NCBI GenBank assembly: GCA_046563655.1
Contig: CM102285.1
Location: forward strand, 806,001-870,000
From: Yuukianura sp. NJ FZ-2021
Taxonomy: Eukaryota
Direction of reading: 5' to 3'
DNA length: 64,000 bases
Below, in pieces: positions 49,671 to 62,495 of this stretch; position 1 is the first letter of the stretch, and every line of letters begins with the position of its first letter. The position numbers and the translations under genes were made by a program. The notes below the pieces were generated by a model. It was given only the letters and a program-made list of their open reading frames with translations, was not told where the DNA came from and made no database searches.

Positions 49671-51296
49671 ATGGGTATTTCCAACATCTTTGTTTTGCTC
49701 TTTCTGAGTTTGATTTCGCCAAAGCGCAACTTGGCAGATGTGGTGACTTAGTAAGTAAAATTAATTGATTCTACTTATTTTATTATTGTACCGAAGGAAT
49801 CAAGGTTCCTTGACAACAAAAAATTTTGTTTAACTTTTCGGGAAGAGGTTACGTACTACCTCACTTGTTGGCAAAAAATTAAAAAAAAAAACAAAAATTG
49901 GTACCAATCCGAAAGCAGTATTGGTACAATTTTTTTTTTAATTTTTTCTTTTGGCAACAAGTGAGGGAGGTACCTCTTCCTTCCTTGACAACGAAAGGTT
50001 AATTTTGTTTAACTTTTCGTTGTCAAGAAACCTTTGAATGTATTTTATGGTTTCATCCTGCCTGTATGTCTGTCTGTCTGTCTGGCTGAGTGTGTGTCTG
50101 TTTGTCTGTCTGTCTGACTATGTGTCTGTCTGTCTGTCTGACTGGGTGTCTGTCTGTCTGACTGTGTGTCTGTCTGTCTGTCTGTGTGTCTGTCTGACTG
50201 GGTGTCTGTCTGTCTGACTGTCGGACTGTGTGTCTGCCTGTCTGTTTGTCTGATTGGGTGTCTGTCTGTCTGACTGCGTGTTTGTCTGTCTGTGTGTCTG
50301 TCTGACTGTGTGTTTGTCTGTCTGTGTGTCTGTCTGACTGTGTGTCTGTCTGTCTGTCTCTCTGTCAGTCAGTGAGTCATTTAATTAATATAGGCAGAAG
50401 TCGGATCTGTTTTCACAGATAATTTGCTAATTTGCTGATAGCGCATGTTAAGCAAATCGCGCGTTTTGTTGAACCTCTTTCATGTTTGAAAGGTCTAGAG
50501 TCACAAACAAACATTACAACTGCTATTTAGCAGTGTACTATTTCCTATTCATATTTACTACATAATTTTAATTCGCCTAAGTATTTAGTCCAGATTTTGT
50601 TGCTCAAGTTTAAATAAGTATCTTTTTAGTGATGTGGCTTGCGGAGAATCCTGTGAAAAGAAATGTACAGACAAAGGATATACATTTTCGAAGTGTGCAA
50701 CTGGAGCAAGGTACAGTGATGACAGGCATGACCAAAGTTACGGAGGAACACTGCCCAATTACTGCACTTGTACTACTCCGCCATGCACAAATGGCAAGGA
50801 ACGGTGTAAAAATGGTAAGTTGAAGTTTGAATGTAAGGAATGGAAAGGCTCACTTTATTGCAATCCCAAAACAAATCAATGTGAGTGTACGTGCGATCCT
50901 GTCAAATGCGACCAATACTGTCTGGACAACGGCTACAAGTTCGGAGCAAAATGTAAAGACGATGTTTCCTTTGGATTGAGTTGTAAGTGTAACAAACCGC
51001 CTGGAACTGGAGGTCCAAAAGAGTGTGACACGATGACGAACGTAATAAAGGCACTGTCCAAATGTACTGACAGATATGCAGAGTACACAGATTGCTTTGA
51101 ATACGGAGACTTGGTTTGTGCTCCTCAACCAAAGGAAATTAAAAAATATCGAAATCCGTGCAAATGTAATTGCAACGCAGACAAATGTACGACATTTTGC
51201 AAGTCAAAGAAAAAAATGGCGGGAAAATGTAAGCCATTGGATACGACCAAAGCAAAAAAGTACAATTGGCAGGGAGAAACTTGCAAATGTACCTAA
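49671..51296 (+). CDS. Secreted 30-Cys protein with five tandem defensin-like modules, copy 2 (248 aa; exons 49671-49750, 50630-51296)
   Basis: Same exon phase and cysteine skeleton as copy 1. Confidence 0.8.
49801..50036. mobile_element. hAT-like MITE (CAAGGTTCCTTGACAAC family)
   Basis: TIRs CAAGGTTCCTTGACAAC / GTTGTCAAGAAACCTTTG; absent from the paralogous intron. Confidence 0.65.
50060..50370. repeat. Compound (TGTC)n microsatellite
   Basis: ~300 bp of TGTC/TGAC/TGTG units. Confidence 0.95.
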
Positions 51297-52297
51297 CTTT
51301 CTTTTTGCTAACGAACCATGATTCATGTCAAAACTCTACTGTAGCTGTGTAACTATCCAAATTTGATTGGTCCAATAACCTTACCTAAGAATCTGTATGA
51401 GAAAGTACCTGCAGAATTAAATCAAACTAACATAATAATTAACCTGAACCTAGCAGAAATATAAAACCGAAAATGGGAAGGATAGTCTTCGAGAAGACGT
51501 TTGCGGTTGTTTTGCTTGGAATGAGCAACAACATTCAAACTCTGTTTGCATCAACTTTCACTCTGCTAGCAGTCGCCATTTCTTTTTGTTCAAAATTCGC
51601 TCATAGTCTCAACATTTATAAAATTGCTTTATTGGATTCGTAATTTAGAAATGAACGGAAATATGAGAAAATCATTTCGAAAAATATTCGATTTGAAACT
51701 GGAGAGTAAGTACTCTACAATTTTTTGTACTACTGAGAGTATGAATCCGTAATGACATTATTTTAAGTAGGTATCTTAATCTCTTTCCAAAAAAATTGAA
51801 AATTTAAAAAACAAAATTTAAAAAGTAAGTATTTAATAATTTGTGCAAGGCTTATTACAAATTGTAACTCTTATTTCTCTCAGCGTAAAGCCGTAAACCA
51901 AAATTTTTGGAAGAGTCTGAAAAAAAAAACTTACTGAATTCATCAATAAAATTACTATTAAAAATTTGATAAAGAACGATGTTGTTTGACACACACGACA
52001 GCCTGGAATTGTGCTAAGACGGCTCCATTGCATGTTGAAATCGTTTGGACTTATGTGCCGTACCCAATAACTAATTCAAAATAAACTAGGAGTTTACATC
52101 ACAATAAATGTATTTTATCAATATTATTACCTTGACAAATTATAAAACAAAAAGTTTCTTGTTAAATTTATAACGCTTTGAACACATCTATCTTTCACAA
52201 CTCATTGCGTGTTCTATTCAAGACTTATTCGTCAGTGGTGAACGATTCTTTTACTTTACGTTACTCCCATTACTTCGGAAATTTTTAAATTTCAAAA

Positions 52298-54918
52298 ATG
52301 ATGTCACAATTTGGATTTTTCGCAAATTTGTTAGCGTTTACGTGTAGCCTTGAAACTGTCACTATCGACTACAACAAATACCTTGCTCCATACGAGGCCA
52401 CTTGTCACTCAGTTGTTTTTGTAGTCACATTTGACTATGTTGACCTCGTTCCGTTCACTTCTCCTGTTGAACTACGGACATTAGGCTACATTGGCCCACG
52501 AACTTTAGTTTCTGACGCATGTCCATTCACAAATTCAACAACTCGGGATCTGATTAATCAGCGGATTGGGTATCTCTGGCAAACGTTGACAAAACGTTCT
52601 TGTCTTGCAATGTTTGTCAACTACCAATCTGGATTGGTGGACCACTATTGGACCATTCTAATGTACCAACTACATTACTTCTGGAGTGTATTCCACTTAC
52701 ACTCACATCCATTTGATCGCACTAGACAAAGTGAGACGATGGAAAAAATGGTCGCGGATCCATACTCAAGATATTTCATCACCTTTGGAAGATCTGCGTA
52801 TTTGAACGTAGTCGGAAGTTCTCGGATTTCTGGTAAATTTCAAGAAAGTTTCTATGCATATGCGTATGTAAAGAGGTATTGCATTTGGTCCTGCCAAGAA
52901 ATACGTCTCGTCTGCGCACCGGTCTTTGCGCATGTTTTTTTCCATGACGTCGATACACCAAATCAACTCAAAAGTGTATCATGTATTCTTCTAATACCGC
53001 CTGCCACTACTCTATCGCCTGGCCAACGGCAACAAGCCCTCGTTGTTACAAATACACCCATTGCAGCACTTTCACTTCAAGAATTGGCGCGAATTTCACT
53101 CGTCAAAAGAAATAAGTGCGGAAATTTCAAGTTCCAAATTCTAAGTGTCCAACCACTTCAATCCCAAAATAATTTTCTTCTGAGTGAAACCAAGCATGAA
53201 GTAGACATGATTGGCAACATAGCGGAAACTGGAACAGACATAGACAAAAATTTGGAGCTGCACAATCTCATGCTTGGAAAATTAATGTTTGGCGCCATTC
53301 CAAATACAACGGTCCACGTACTTCGCGTTGCTCATGGTAACTCATACTTTCAAAAGGTCTACTTGGATTTTAAATCCTTCACTACCTACTTCAGAATCCA
53401 AGGTAATTCGCATCAACCGTATGGCTCAACTGAACATTACGTTGCCACGGAAACAGTCGCATACACGTTCTTAGCATGTCATCACTCAGTGCATGGCATG
53501 TCCTTTGATTCATACGTTAAGCCTCTTGACCCCGAAGTTTGGATTGCTCTGACCTTGACCTTGACCTTGGTCATTCTACTCTCATTTTACTTTTTACTCA
53601 AAAGAGACAACCAACTACCGTTCTTCATCTACGCTTACATTATGGAACAAGGTCCAAGTCTACGCGCAGCCACTCAGGATCTGCGCATGTTCAAACTCCT
53701 CATCATGTCACTGTCGATCATCACGATCATTCTGGGCAATGGCTACCGGAGTGTCGTCACAACGGAACTTTTGGCGCCAAAACTCGCCTCTCGCTTGGAA
53801 ACTTTTGAAGATATTAAAGGCTTAGGAGACAAAAGACATAAAATGTATTACCGCCCCACAGATCATAGCACCCTATTCACTGTCTGTTTGGACGAATCTA
53901 GTTCCTTAAGCTGTCTTGTTAATCAACTTGTGGTTAATCCACACCAACCTCACCAAAGAATCATACGGTATGACGCATATTTGAGAAGACGACTTGAAAA
54001 CAGCACGGAAAGTGGTGGTAACTTCTCAGAAAAATTGTCAAAACTATTCCAATGGGGTAGCTTACTACGAATAATGGATGATCCCGTGGCATTCCAATGG
54101 ACCGACGAAGAATGTGAAGCTAACGTTTACTTTAGCACAGGTAACAAACTATAACATGTTATGTACATATTTATAACCACCAACATATATTTTATACACA
54201 TGAATTCCATACCGATACGTACACATAGCATACATTGTTGATATATGATATGTATCGTATCATAACACAATGTATGCTATTTGTTTGGTATCGGTATGGA
54301 ATTCATGCGTATAATAATATGTAATTTTTTATTGTGTACTAATACACAATTGAGTACTATCAGACGATACACTATGTTAGTACGACGTTGTATATACGTA
54401 GTGTTGAAATAATTAACATAATTAATGCATTGGTTTAAAATATAGCGGAAGACGTGAATAAGCAAATCCTTGTGTTTCGAGATCAACAAAAGCAGAGTGG
54501 CAAAAATCCTGACCTTGATTTTTACTTGGGAAAAGAAAAGAAATTTGAAAACGACAGAGGAATTTATATTGAAAATTTGGCCTACCTCGGTGAATACGGG
54601 TTCAGAAGAGTTGGCGGAACTTTGCAGTCTGGAATTTTGGAATATTTGAATTCTCGATTTGAGCGGGAAAAGGAGCGCCTTTTTGCCGCCAGGTTAAATC
54701 AAACACGCCAATCAACAAAAAAACCAACAAAACTTGGACTCAACATAAACATCCAGACGTTGTTCTTCTCAAATTTGACTTTACTCACAGCTGCTTCTTT
54801 TCTATATTTATTGGAACTTGGATCAAAAGTAGCCACTACTTTTCAAAATTTGTTGCAAAGTTTAAAATCAAATTTAAGAAAGAAATTTTGCTACAAGTTT
54901 AAAAATAGAAAGCATTGA
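52298..54918 (+). CDS. Divergent ionotropic-receptor-like protein, type A copy 2 (771 aa; exons 52298-54140, 54446-54918)
   Basis: Paralog of 34590-37279 with the same phase-1 intron. Confidence 0.75.
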
Positions 54919-55049
54919 AGTTTGGCAATTCTACAATGCATCTATATTGTCTCTACCTGCCATAATTCTTGTCGGTTAGTGACTTGACACATTATCATTA
55001 GTAATTAATTAACATTAGTAACCATCGCTTGACTATGCGCTACACCCTT

Positions 55050-55355
55050 AGCGATTCCATGTAATAAGATGGAAAAAAGCAAGTAATAAGGTCGCAGAGA
55101 TAATTAGTCGCAGGTAATTAATAAGGTCGTAAAGTAAAAAGAGCGCAAGTGAAATGGTCATAATGTAAGAAGATCGCTGTTGCGATCATTTTACTTCCGA
55201 TCAATTCACTTTTCGACCTTTTTATATTGCGATCTTTTCACATTGTGACCATTTCACTTGCGATCTTTTTACTTTGCGACCTTATTACTTGCGACCGTAT
55301 TACCTGCGATCTTATTACTTGCGACCAAAATATTTCGACCTTATTACCTGCTACG
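55050..55355. mobile_element. MITE-like insertion with inverted arrays of ~20-bp repeats
   Basis: AAGGTCGCAA units on the left, TTGCGACC units on the right; absent from paralogous spacers at 34075 and 37345. Confidence 0.6.
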
Positions 55356-55513
55356 CCCTTAGCATTGCTGTAGGTTACAGCACAAGCAAAAGAAAATCAA
55401 TATACTTCTTATGAATTTTTAATTAGTTGCATCATCATGCCCAAGTGGAAAATTGTGTAAGCCTTCAACTCTGTTTAATTACAGTAAAATGAGTAAATTA
55501 TGTTCTGTGTAAT

Positions 55514-57355
55514 TTTTTGAATTTGAATTTGAATTTTATTTTACCAAATGGTGCCCTGTTGACAGGTCATTATACCATGGCTTATTTAAATATGACAGCT
55601 TTGAGCTTTAAGGTTACACAAGGAATTAAAAAAAAAATAACGAAGTAAGGTGAATTAAGTGTGTTTAAAAAAAGAATTAAGAATTAAAAGTTTTAAGATT
55701 GAAATCGAAGTAAGCTGGAGTTTGAAATATTTAGTCGTAACTTAAAGTTTAAGAGTTTAAAACAATCATGAAGAGTCATAGTCACTGAAATATTGATCCG
55801 AATCTTCATGAGGTTCTGTAGAAGTCGATTGAAGTTGCACATTTAAAAAGAATGTTGTCAGTTTACCCTTACTGCTGGGTTTCGGTTTTGTAACTAGCAG
55901 TTTATGCTCTTCAGATAGCGAATTTAAGATTTTTGACACTGCTGTGATGAAAGATTTAGGATGATATGTACGGTTATGAACAATGTACGTTCCTTTTCTT
56001 GTTGAGGTAGTATTTTCTGAATAAGCCCCGATTTCATTTGGCATTGAACTGAAATACGGGATATTGTGTTCAATAATTGAAGAGTAGATGAAAAGGTGAT
56101 CCACGGTGCTCAAGTAGTGAGGTAAAAGCCAATTTAATCGTTGGACCGACGAATTCACACAATCACGTTTTTTCAATCCGAAAATGTAACGGATACACCG
56201 TCGAAATGTTTTGTTCACATAGTTGAATTTGTAGTGCTTTGCTTTTGACCAAAGTACTATTAGGTAGCGTATTACTGGATATATGTATGCGCTGATCATT
56301 AGTTTTCTGTTCTGGAACGACAATAAGTGTTGAATTGGATGAAGAGACCATAGTATTTTGTTACACTTTTTAACAACGCTGGTTATGTGCTCAGTCCATG
56401 AAAGAGTGTTGTCCAGTATCAAGCCAAGCGTTTTAAAAGAATCGACGTTCTCAATTTCGGTGTCACCTACTTTGACTTGAAATCGACCAATACTTTTTAT
56501 TTGGCTTGCTTTCCCAATAAGAAGCACTTTTGTTTTCTCTAAACTCAGACCCATGTGGTTGTGATGAGTCCAGGAGGTTATGGAGGAAATTGTTTCTTCA
56601 GTTCTTCTGATTAATTGACGAAACTGGTCTGGCGGGCTTCCCATGACGATGTTGTTGTCATCCGCGAAAAGCACTGGTACTCCGTCTTTAATTGCAAGTG
56701 GGAGATCGTTTATCATAATGGAGAACAGGAACGGACCCAGTACTGAGCCTTGAGGAACTGATAAAATGGTTTCTCTGGATTGTGACGTCTCACCATTTAC
56801 CCGTACACTTTGAGATCTATCGTTCAAATATGATTCAAACCACGAAGATGAAACGTTGTACCATCGCAGTTTTTCACAAAGAATGCCCTTGTTTACAGTG
56901 TCGAAAGCTTTCTTTAAATCCATTGAAATAACCATACACAAATCACCGCGATTTAGATGGCTATAAATTAGTTCGGTGAGGGCTATTTGTGCCATTGTGG
57001 TAGAATGATGATCACGAAAACCAAATTGTGCACTACTGAGTAAACTGTGGCGATTGAAGAATAATTTTAGCTGATTGAGGGCGAACTTTTCACATAATTT
57101 CGCAATTACTGGTTGTAGAGAAATTGGGCGAGTTTCGTTTGGATGTGATGGTTTGGGTACTTTAGGTAGCGGTATTACCGATGAATGTTTGAGACATTTA
57201 GGGAAAGTTCCACTTCTCAGCGTTTTGTTGATAAGGTAGATGATCTGTTTTTCAATATTAGGTGATCCAAGGCAGTGTGCTAATATCCAGTTTGACATTC
57301 CAAAATTATCTTTGCTTTTGCTATTCTTGTTTTTTAGATTCTTCCAAGTTTGCTT
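55514..57355 (-). mobile_element. 5'-truncated non-LTR retrotransposon (CR1/L2-like LINE); RT ORF 57355-55766
   Basis: RPISL, QFGFR, DLKKAFDTV, VPQGSVLGP and FADD motifs; AATAAA followed by an (ATTCAA)n tail; no endonuclease domain. Confidence 0.92.
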
Positions 57356-57407
57356 TGTACAATGAAAATTTCAGTTTCAGCACAGTTAGTTGTTCAATTG
57401 AAGCAAA

Positions 57408-59227
57408 ATGCGTTCCTTTTTGACAATCATTTCTTGTTTCGTTTTTCAAAACTTTTCCTTTACACAACTAACTAAAATTCGAAATTTCGAGTTTTTCAAA
57501 ACGAGTACTTGTGAAACGTGGGTGGGCGTTGGAAGTAGGATTTTCGAAAACTCGGAATTTCAAACTCTTGAAAAAAGTTTCAATGTACTGCACAGTTTTG
57601 TATTTTTTAGTTTAAACTTGACAGAATTTGGTGGGGAATTTTAAATTTCAAAACGTAGAATTCACTGACGATGACGTCTACCACTCAATATACTCCGGAC
57701 CCCACAGACATTCTGCCCAATGTCAACTTGTTTTCATTGAAGAAGCTGAGATGAATGACCTTGACCTCGTGACCCGAGCGGCAATTTCAAAAAAGTTGGT
57801 TCGACAACATCGTGACAGCTTTTTCTATTCGGTGTTCATTACTCCAAAGTTTCCTTGGATAGAAGACAATGTTCGGTTCAAATTTTACGTTACGCAGAGC
57901 GAAATTCGCGACGCAAGTGCAACTTTGAGCGGTCGCAGGATTCGGTTTGTAGCAGTCAGCGGTGGATTCGTCATATCCAGGATAATAAAGCAATCGGGTC
58001 GCAGTTTAACCTCATTGCCGATGCATCGGCACGCTTCAACTTTACATTCGAATTAGCGTATGCCCAAAATGGCGGTTTGGCGGGAGTCAGAAGAGATGGA
58101 AAATGGATCGGCGCAATTGGAGACGTTTTTTACGGCCATGCAGACGTTACACTAGGAGCTGGAATCACTTCTGTCAGAAACACGGTCGTTCAAGGCGGGA
58201 AATCTCTCGCTGTCGTTTCGCGCGTCTTTTTCGTATAATCCGCTCAAATGGCGCGTAACAGTTGGAGGTCAATTTTTTCTGCATTTCATGTTTCAGTATG
58301 GGCGGGAATTCTAGTAATATTTTTTATATTGACTGCCGTGCTTCTTTGGATCCTCCACGTTTTCGCCGTAAAAGCGCGTCTCGTAATTACAACCGACTCC
58401 GCACGAAATTTAAAATTCTGTTTTCCCGCCGAAGTGCTCATGTCAGTTTTTCCCATTGTTTTTGAACAAGTTTCGGAGAGTTGACCTGGGTCAACCAAAA
58501 ATTCAGTTTTTTGATTCTCTTATGGATGGGGGTTTGTTTAATTCTTCGCGCCGGATACAAATCTGGACTGGTTTATTTTTTAACTTTTAGCGGTCCAGGT
58601 CACGTGCCTCTCACTCACTTGGAACTACTTGAAAGCAACTACGATATATACTTTAGATATTACGGGGGCGTGGCTTATCGCTATGCACTGACCTCTGGTG
58701 ACCCCGTTCAGAAAGCGCTTGCTCAAAAGTCGCTTCTGATCAACTCCTCTCAGGAGTGCATTCTCCAAGGGTTGATCAGTGATAATGCTGCATGTCTCGA
58801 TTGGGAGCCACATGGAACTTATTCTATCTATTCCAATGCCACTGCGCATTCTTCTGCGCAGAGTCGAATAATCAAGTCACTAGATGGGGCAATGAGCAAT
58901 GTTTTTGTTCCTTGGTGTTACCGAAAGTACTCCCCAGTAACAGACCTGTTTGATCCCCATTTTGAGTGGTTGATTAGCGCAGGAATTTTTGGCCAATGGG
59001 TACGCGAGGATTCCGGAGAACTAAAAAGACAAGGTGTACGGTGGCTTCACTCAAAGGAGTCTGCGCCGCTCAATACAAAAATTATGGAAATTTTGAAACC
59101 AAGTGCGATTGAATTGCCCAAGTTGAATTCAGGCGGTTTTATTGGAGTATTTTTCATTGCGAGTGTATGCTTAGTGTTAAGTTTTGTGACGTTAGTGGCG
59201 GAATTTTTACGCCAAAAATTTTGTTAG
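57408..59227 (+). pseudogene. Type B IR pseudogene
   Basis: Full-length paralog of 37561-39435 with frameshifts (~57637, ~57960, ~58478) and TAA at 58236-58238. Confidence 0.85.
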
Positions 59228-59750
59228 TGAGAAATATACAACACAATTGACTGCACTTACTTCACGTAGCTCATTGAATGTCCAAACTATTCGGATTTTA
59301 AGTACTTATTGCCTATTACTGCTAATTCAATAGAATATATACATTTGCAGGCCAATTAACGAAGGAGTATATACTATGTAGAATGTAGGTACCTTTTAAA
59401 CGTTAGGAAAACCTGACTTTAAATTGGAAAACTTTAAATTCGGGCAAATTTCTTACACCAACAGAAATAATTGCGGAAGTCGAGGTTGGTAATCAAGCAG
59501 ATTGTTTTTGCTAAATATAATATTTAATAATAATGTAAATCTAATAAGATATATAAGATGTTGTTATAGAAAATACAGTATGGTTGTCAACGAACCTAAT
59601 CTAAAGAAAACGAAGTCTCAAATTCCAAATTCTTTAAACATTAATCTATGTAGGTACTATATCTATGTTTCCGGTTCAATCAAATTAAAATAAATTTGCA
59701 TTAAACTGATTTTGTGGAGCATGAACACAAAGAAAGTAACTTAAGAATAT

Positions 59751-61256
59751 TCAGAAGGCAAAAGTTGATAATACTCGATTTTTTGGATAACCAGAAAAAA
59801 ATATCTTATGCTTATTTGCGTATACATCCTTGGAGATACATCTCCCGCCTCGGAAATGATAGATTTCAGGTGGGAGTAACTTATGCCAAGTGCTTCCGGT
59901 GTACGCGTATACGAAATATACAAATCTTGGCCGGTTGTCGGCTAGTTGATTATTTTTAATCAGCAGCGTGAAATACTTGTACCTTTTGCGCCAGGAGCGC
60001 CTGAGCTTGCTGCAGACCTCGTCGCAGTTGAAAACATATGTGTCTCTCTCATCGTTGAATGTAAGCTTACAGAATTCATAAACAAATTCCAGCCAGCGTA
60101 AATTATATTTAACTTTAATTAAAATTACGCCGTTCGGAATATACGGTTTCCTACGAATTATTGGGTTTGCACCTATTGAGGCGTCTGTTAGGTCGTAAGT
60201 GTCCATGAGAGGCAAGAAGTACCGGCTTTCATAGTCTCCAATAAGAGCTTCAGTTTCGGCAATAAGCTCTTCCTCTTCAATTGTTCGTGAAATGAGGGAC
60301 TTAAATTTACTTCTGAATTTCTCTTCTGAATGAAATATTGCATGACGAGTTTCTGGGTGAAGAAAATTGTGAATGATATATTCATCTACCAATTCCTTGG
60401 AAATGTGCATATACTCAAACAGTTGGACTACACGCTTGACCAAAGTTGTACTCAACGTCGGGATTGCATAGGTTTTGATTCCTATCCTGTATTGACTTTT
60501 GAGAAACGTCAACGGAACAAGGACATAAATAATTGGTTTTTCAATTTCCGTTGTACTCCCCATGTACAGGAATCCTGCATGAGCTCTGAGAGCACGCGAA
60601 GCCCCGCTATAATTCTGGGGAAGTCCTTTTGTCGTGATGAGGTCGCTCTCGAAACTCACTTTTACCTTTCCGGAGATTTTATGCTCGCTCGATTTGTACG
60701 TTCCTAGTTCTGAATATAGATGAAACAAGTAGCTTTCCAAATTTTGTTCGATGACACTTGTAGGTTTCTCTTCCTCATTTCGGCAAGAAGCTGTTATTAA
60801 TAGATATGCTCCCCATTTTACTTCCGCCACGAAATGAGTTGCCTCATTTTTTTCAAGTGCCTTAAAGAGAATGGCTGCGGGAAAAGCTTCATCGTAAACG
60901 TTGACTTTTTCAACCTTGGTGATGAGTTTGGACATCATGGTACAGCTGATGTCCAGCGCATAAGACTGTGGGTGTTGCAAATATCTACCTGATCCTTCCA
61001 GCTGAACCGTTCCCCCAAGAACATGCAGGCTGAGGTCATCATTTACGCACATATGCTGTAACCGTTCCGAAATCTTCCTTGATTGGAATAGGTCTCTATA
61101 TTGTGTTCGCTCGTATGTAACAGTACGTAGTCCACCTAGTAAATGATCTTCAATAAAAATTGTTCTGCCTTTGAAGGTATGGACACGACAGTCGTATAAG
61201 TCTCCCAACTTAGCAACCGCTCCAAGTGCAGGGCGTGTGAATGTTTCCAACTCCAT
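59751..61256 (-). CDS. Stonustoxin/neoverrucotoxin-like protein, copy 2 (501 aa)
   Basis: Intact ORF; same motifs as copy 1. Confidence 0.8.
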   Translation of the reverse strand: MELETFTRPALGAVAKLGDLYDCRVHTFKGRTIFIEDHLLGGLRTVTYERTQYRDLFQSRKISERLQHMCVNDDLSLHVLGGTVQLEGSGRYLQHPQSYALDISCTMMSKLITKVEKVNVYDEAFPAAILFKALEKNEATHFVAEVKWGAYLLITASCRNEEEKPTSVIEQNLESYLFHLYSELGTYKSSEHKISGKVKVSFESDLITTKGLPQNYSGASRALRAHAGFLYMGSTTEIEKPIIYVLVPLTFLKSQYRIGIKTYAIPTLSTTLVKRVVQLFEYMHISKELVDEYIIHNFLHPETRHAIFHSEEKFRSKFKSLISRTIEEEELIAETEALIGDYESRYFLPLMDTYDLTDASIGANPIIRRKPYIPNGVILIKVKYNLRWLEFVYEFCKLTFNDERDTYVFNCDEVCSKLRRSWRKRYKYFTLLIKNNQLADNRPRFVYFVYAYTGSTWHKLLPPEIYHFRGGRCISKDVYANKHKIFFSGYPKNRVLSTFAF

Positions 61257-61589
61257 CTTCAGTAATGTTTACAAAAAACGTATTGTGTATTGTATACGTC
61301 ACTCAAATTATAAATTATTCATTCTCATTCATTCAAATTAAATGTCTTCCGTCTTACCTTTAGTATTACTTCTGTTATGAAATCAGAATTGTTTAGTGCG
61401 GTGTAGTTTCCTTCTGTTTGGTCAATTTAGAGTGACTAGGCTAGGCAAAAAGGAAAAGGGCAAACTGATTGCAAAATACATACACACTATAACTATAAGA
61501 TTACTTCATAGGGATTGGGCGTGAATGAATAAAAAAACACTCAACTTCATGAGTCACTCATACGGAAATTTTGTTCGGCAGGATGTGAC

Positions 61590-61880
61590 ACTTCTACTAC
61601 AGAACTCTGATCTTTAATTTTACATGGGAAAACAAAAAAAAACAAGTTGATTAAACGAGTTGGCGGAACTTTGAAGTCTGGAATTTTTGAATTTTTGAAT
61701 TCTGGATTTGAGCGAGAAAACGACCATGTTTTGGCAACAATGGTGAACCAAACATGCTATTCGTCAAAACCAAAAAAAAAAACTTGGAATCAACATAAAT
61801 ATTCAAACTCTGCTCATCTCAAACTTACTTGCAGTCGCTCTTTCCTTTTTTTTCTTTGAAGTTCGACACAAAAGTTGCAA
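61590..61880 (+). pseudogene. Degenerate type A IR exon-2 fragment
   Basis: RVGGTLKSGIFEFLNS.FERE followed by frameshifts. Confidence 0.6.
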
Positions 61881-62206
61881 AAGCCCTTAAGAATTCTATC
61901 CTTTGTTGTCGCTCTGTTTCAGTTTTTGGGTTTGCCACGCTTCTAAGAAAAATAGAATCCAAAAAATCTAAAAAGTCGCAAAGAGTCATCTTGATCGACT
62001 CGAAGATTTGAAATTCCTCTTGAAAGATAAGTTAGGTTTTATTTTAGAAGTTTTATTTTAGTTTCAATAATAAAATTAATATAATATAATATTTTTTTCT
62101 GTAAAATGGTAAACCTTCATAATTTGGAGTGGGACAAATTTAAAATTAAACTTGTCATTGACATTAAAATAATCTTTTGGAGTATACACACAAAGCAGGT
62201 AAAAAT

Positions 62207-62494
62207 ATTCAAAAACGTAAATGTTGAAAATACACGATTGTTTGTATAGTCAGAACGGAATGTCTTATGATGATTTGTGTATACATCGGTAGAGATACAT
62301 CTCCCGCCTTGGAAATGATAGATTTCAGTTGGGATAGCGACACAGTTCATAGAATATTCGTAGTGTATGAAATATACAAACCTTGGCCTTGTGTGGGCGT
62401 GGTGACCGTTTTTAATTAGCAACTTGAAGTATTTGTACATTTTGCTCCAGCGGAGCCTGTTCCTTTGGTGCTCTTGACAGCTGAAAACATATGT
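62207..62494 (-). pseudogene. Stonustoxin-like 3' fragment, copy 3, cut by a transposon
   Basis: Near-identical to 39586-39872; similarity stops at TA|CCGTAAAACGGGG; one extra A at the stop codon. Confidence 0.8.
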
Positions 62495-62495
62495 A

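Noticed and set aside
55060-55350. Regular ~20-bp repeats resembling a CRISPR array
   Set aside because: No unique spacers, units are inverted about the centre, no cas genes, eukaryotic context: MITE subterminal repeats
55766-57298. RT as a retron, DGR or group II intron
   Set aside because: Motifs, C-terminal extension, polyA signal with tandem-repeat tail and 5' truncation all indicate a non-LTR retrotransposon
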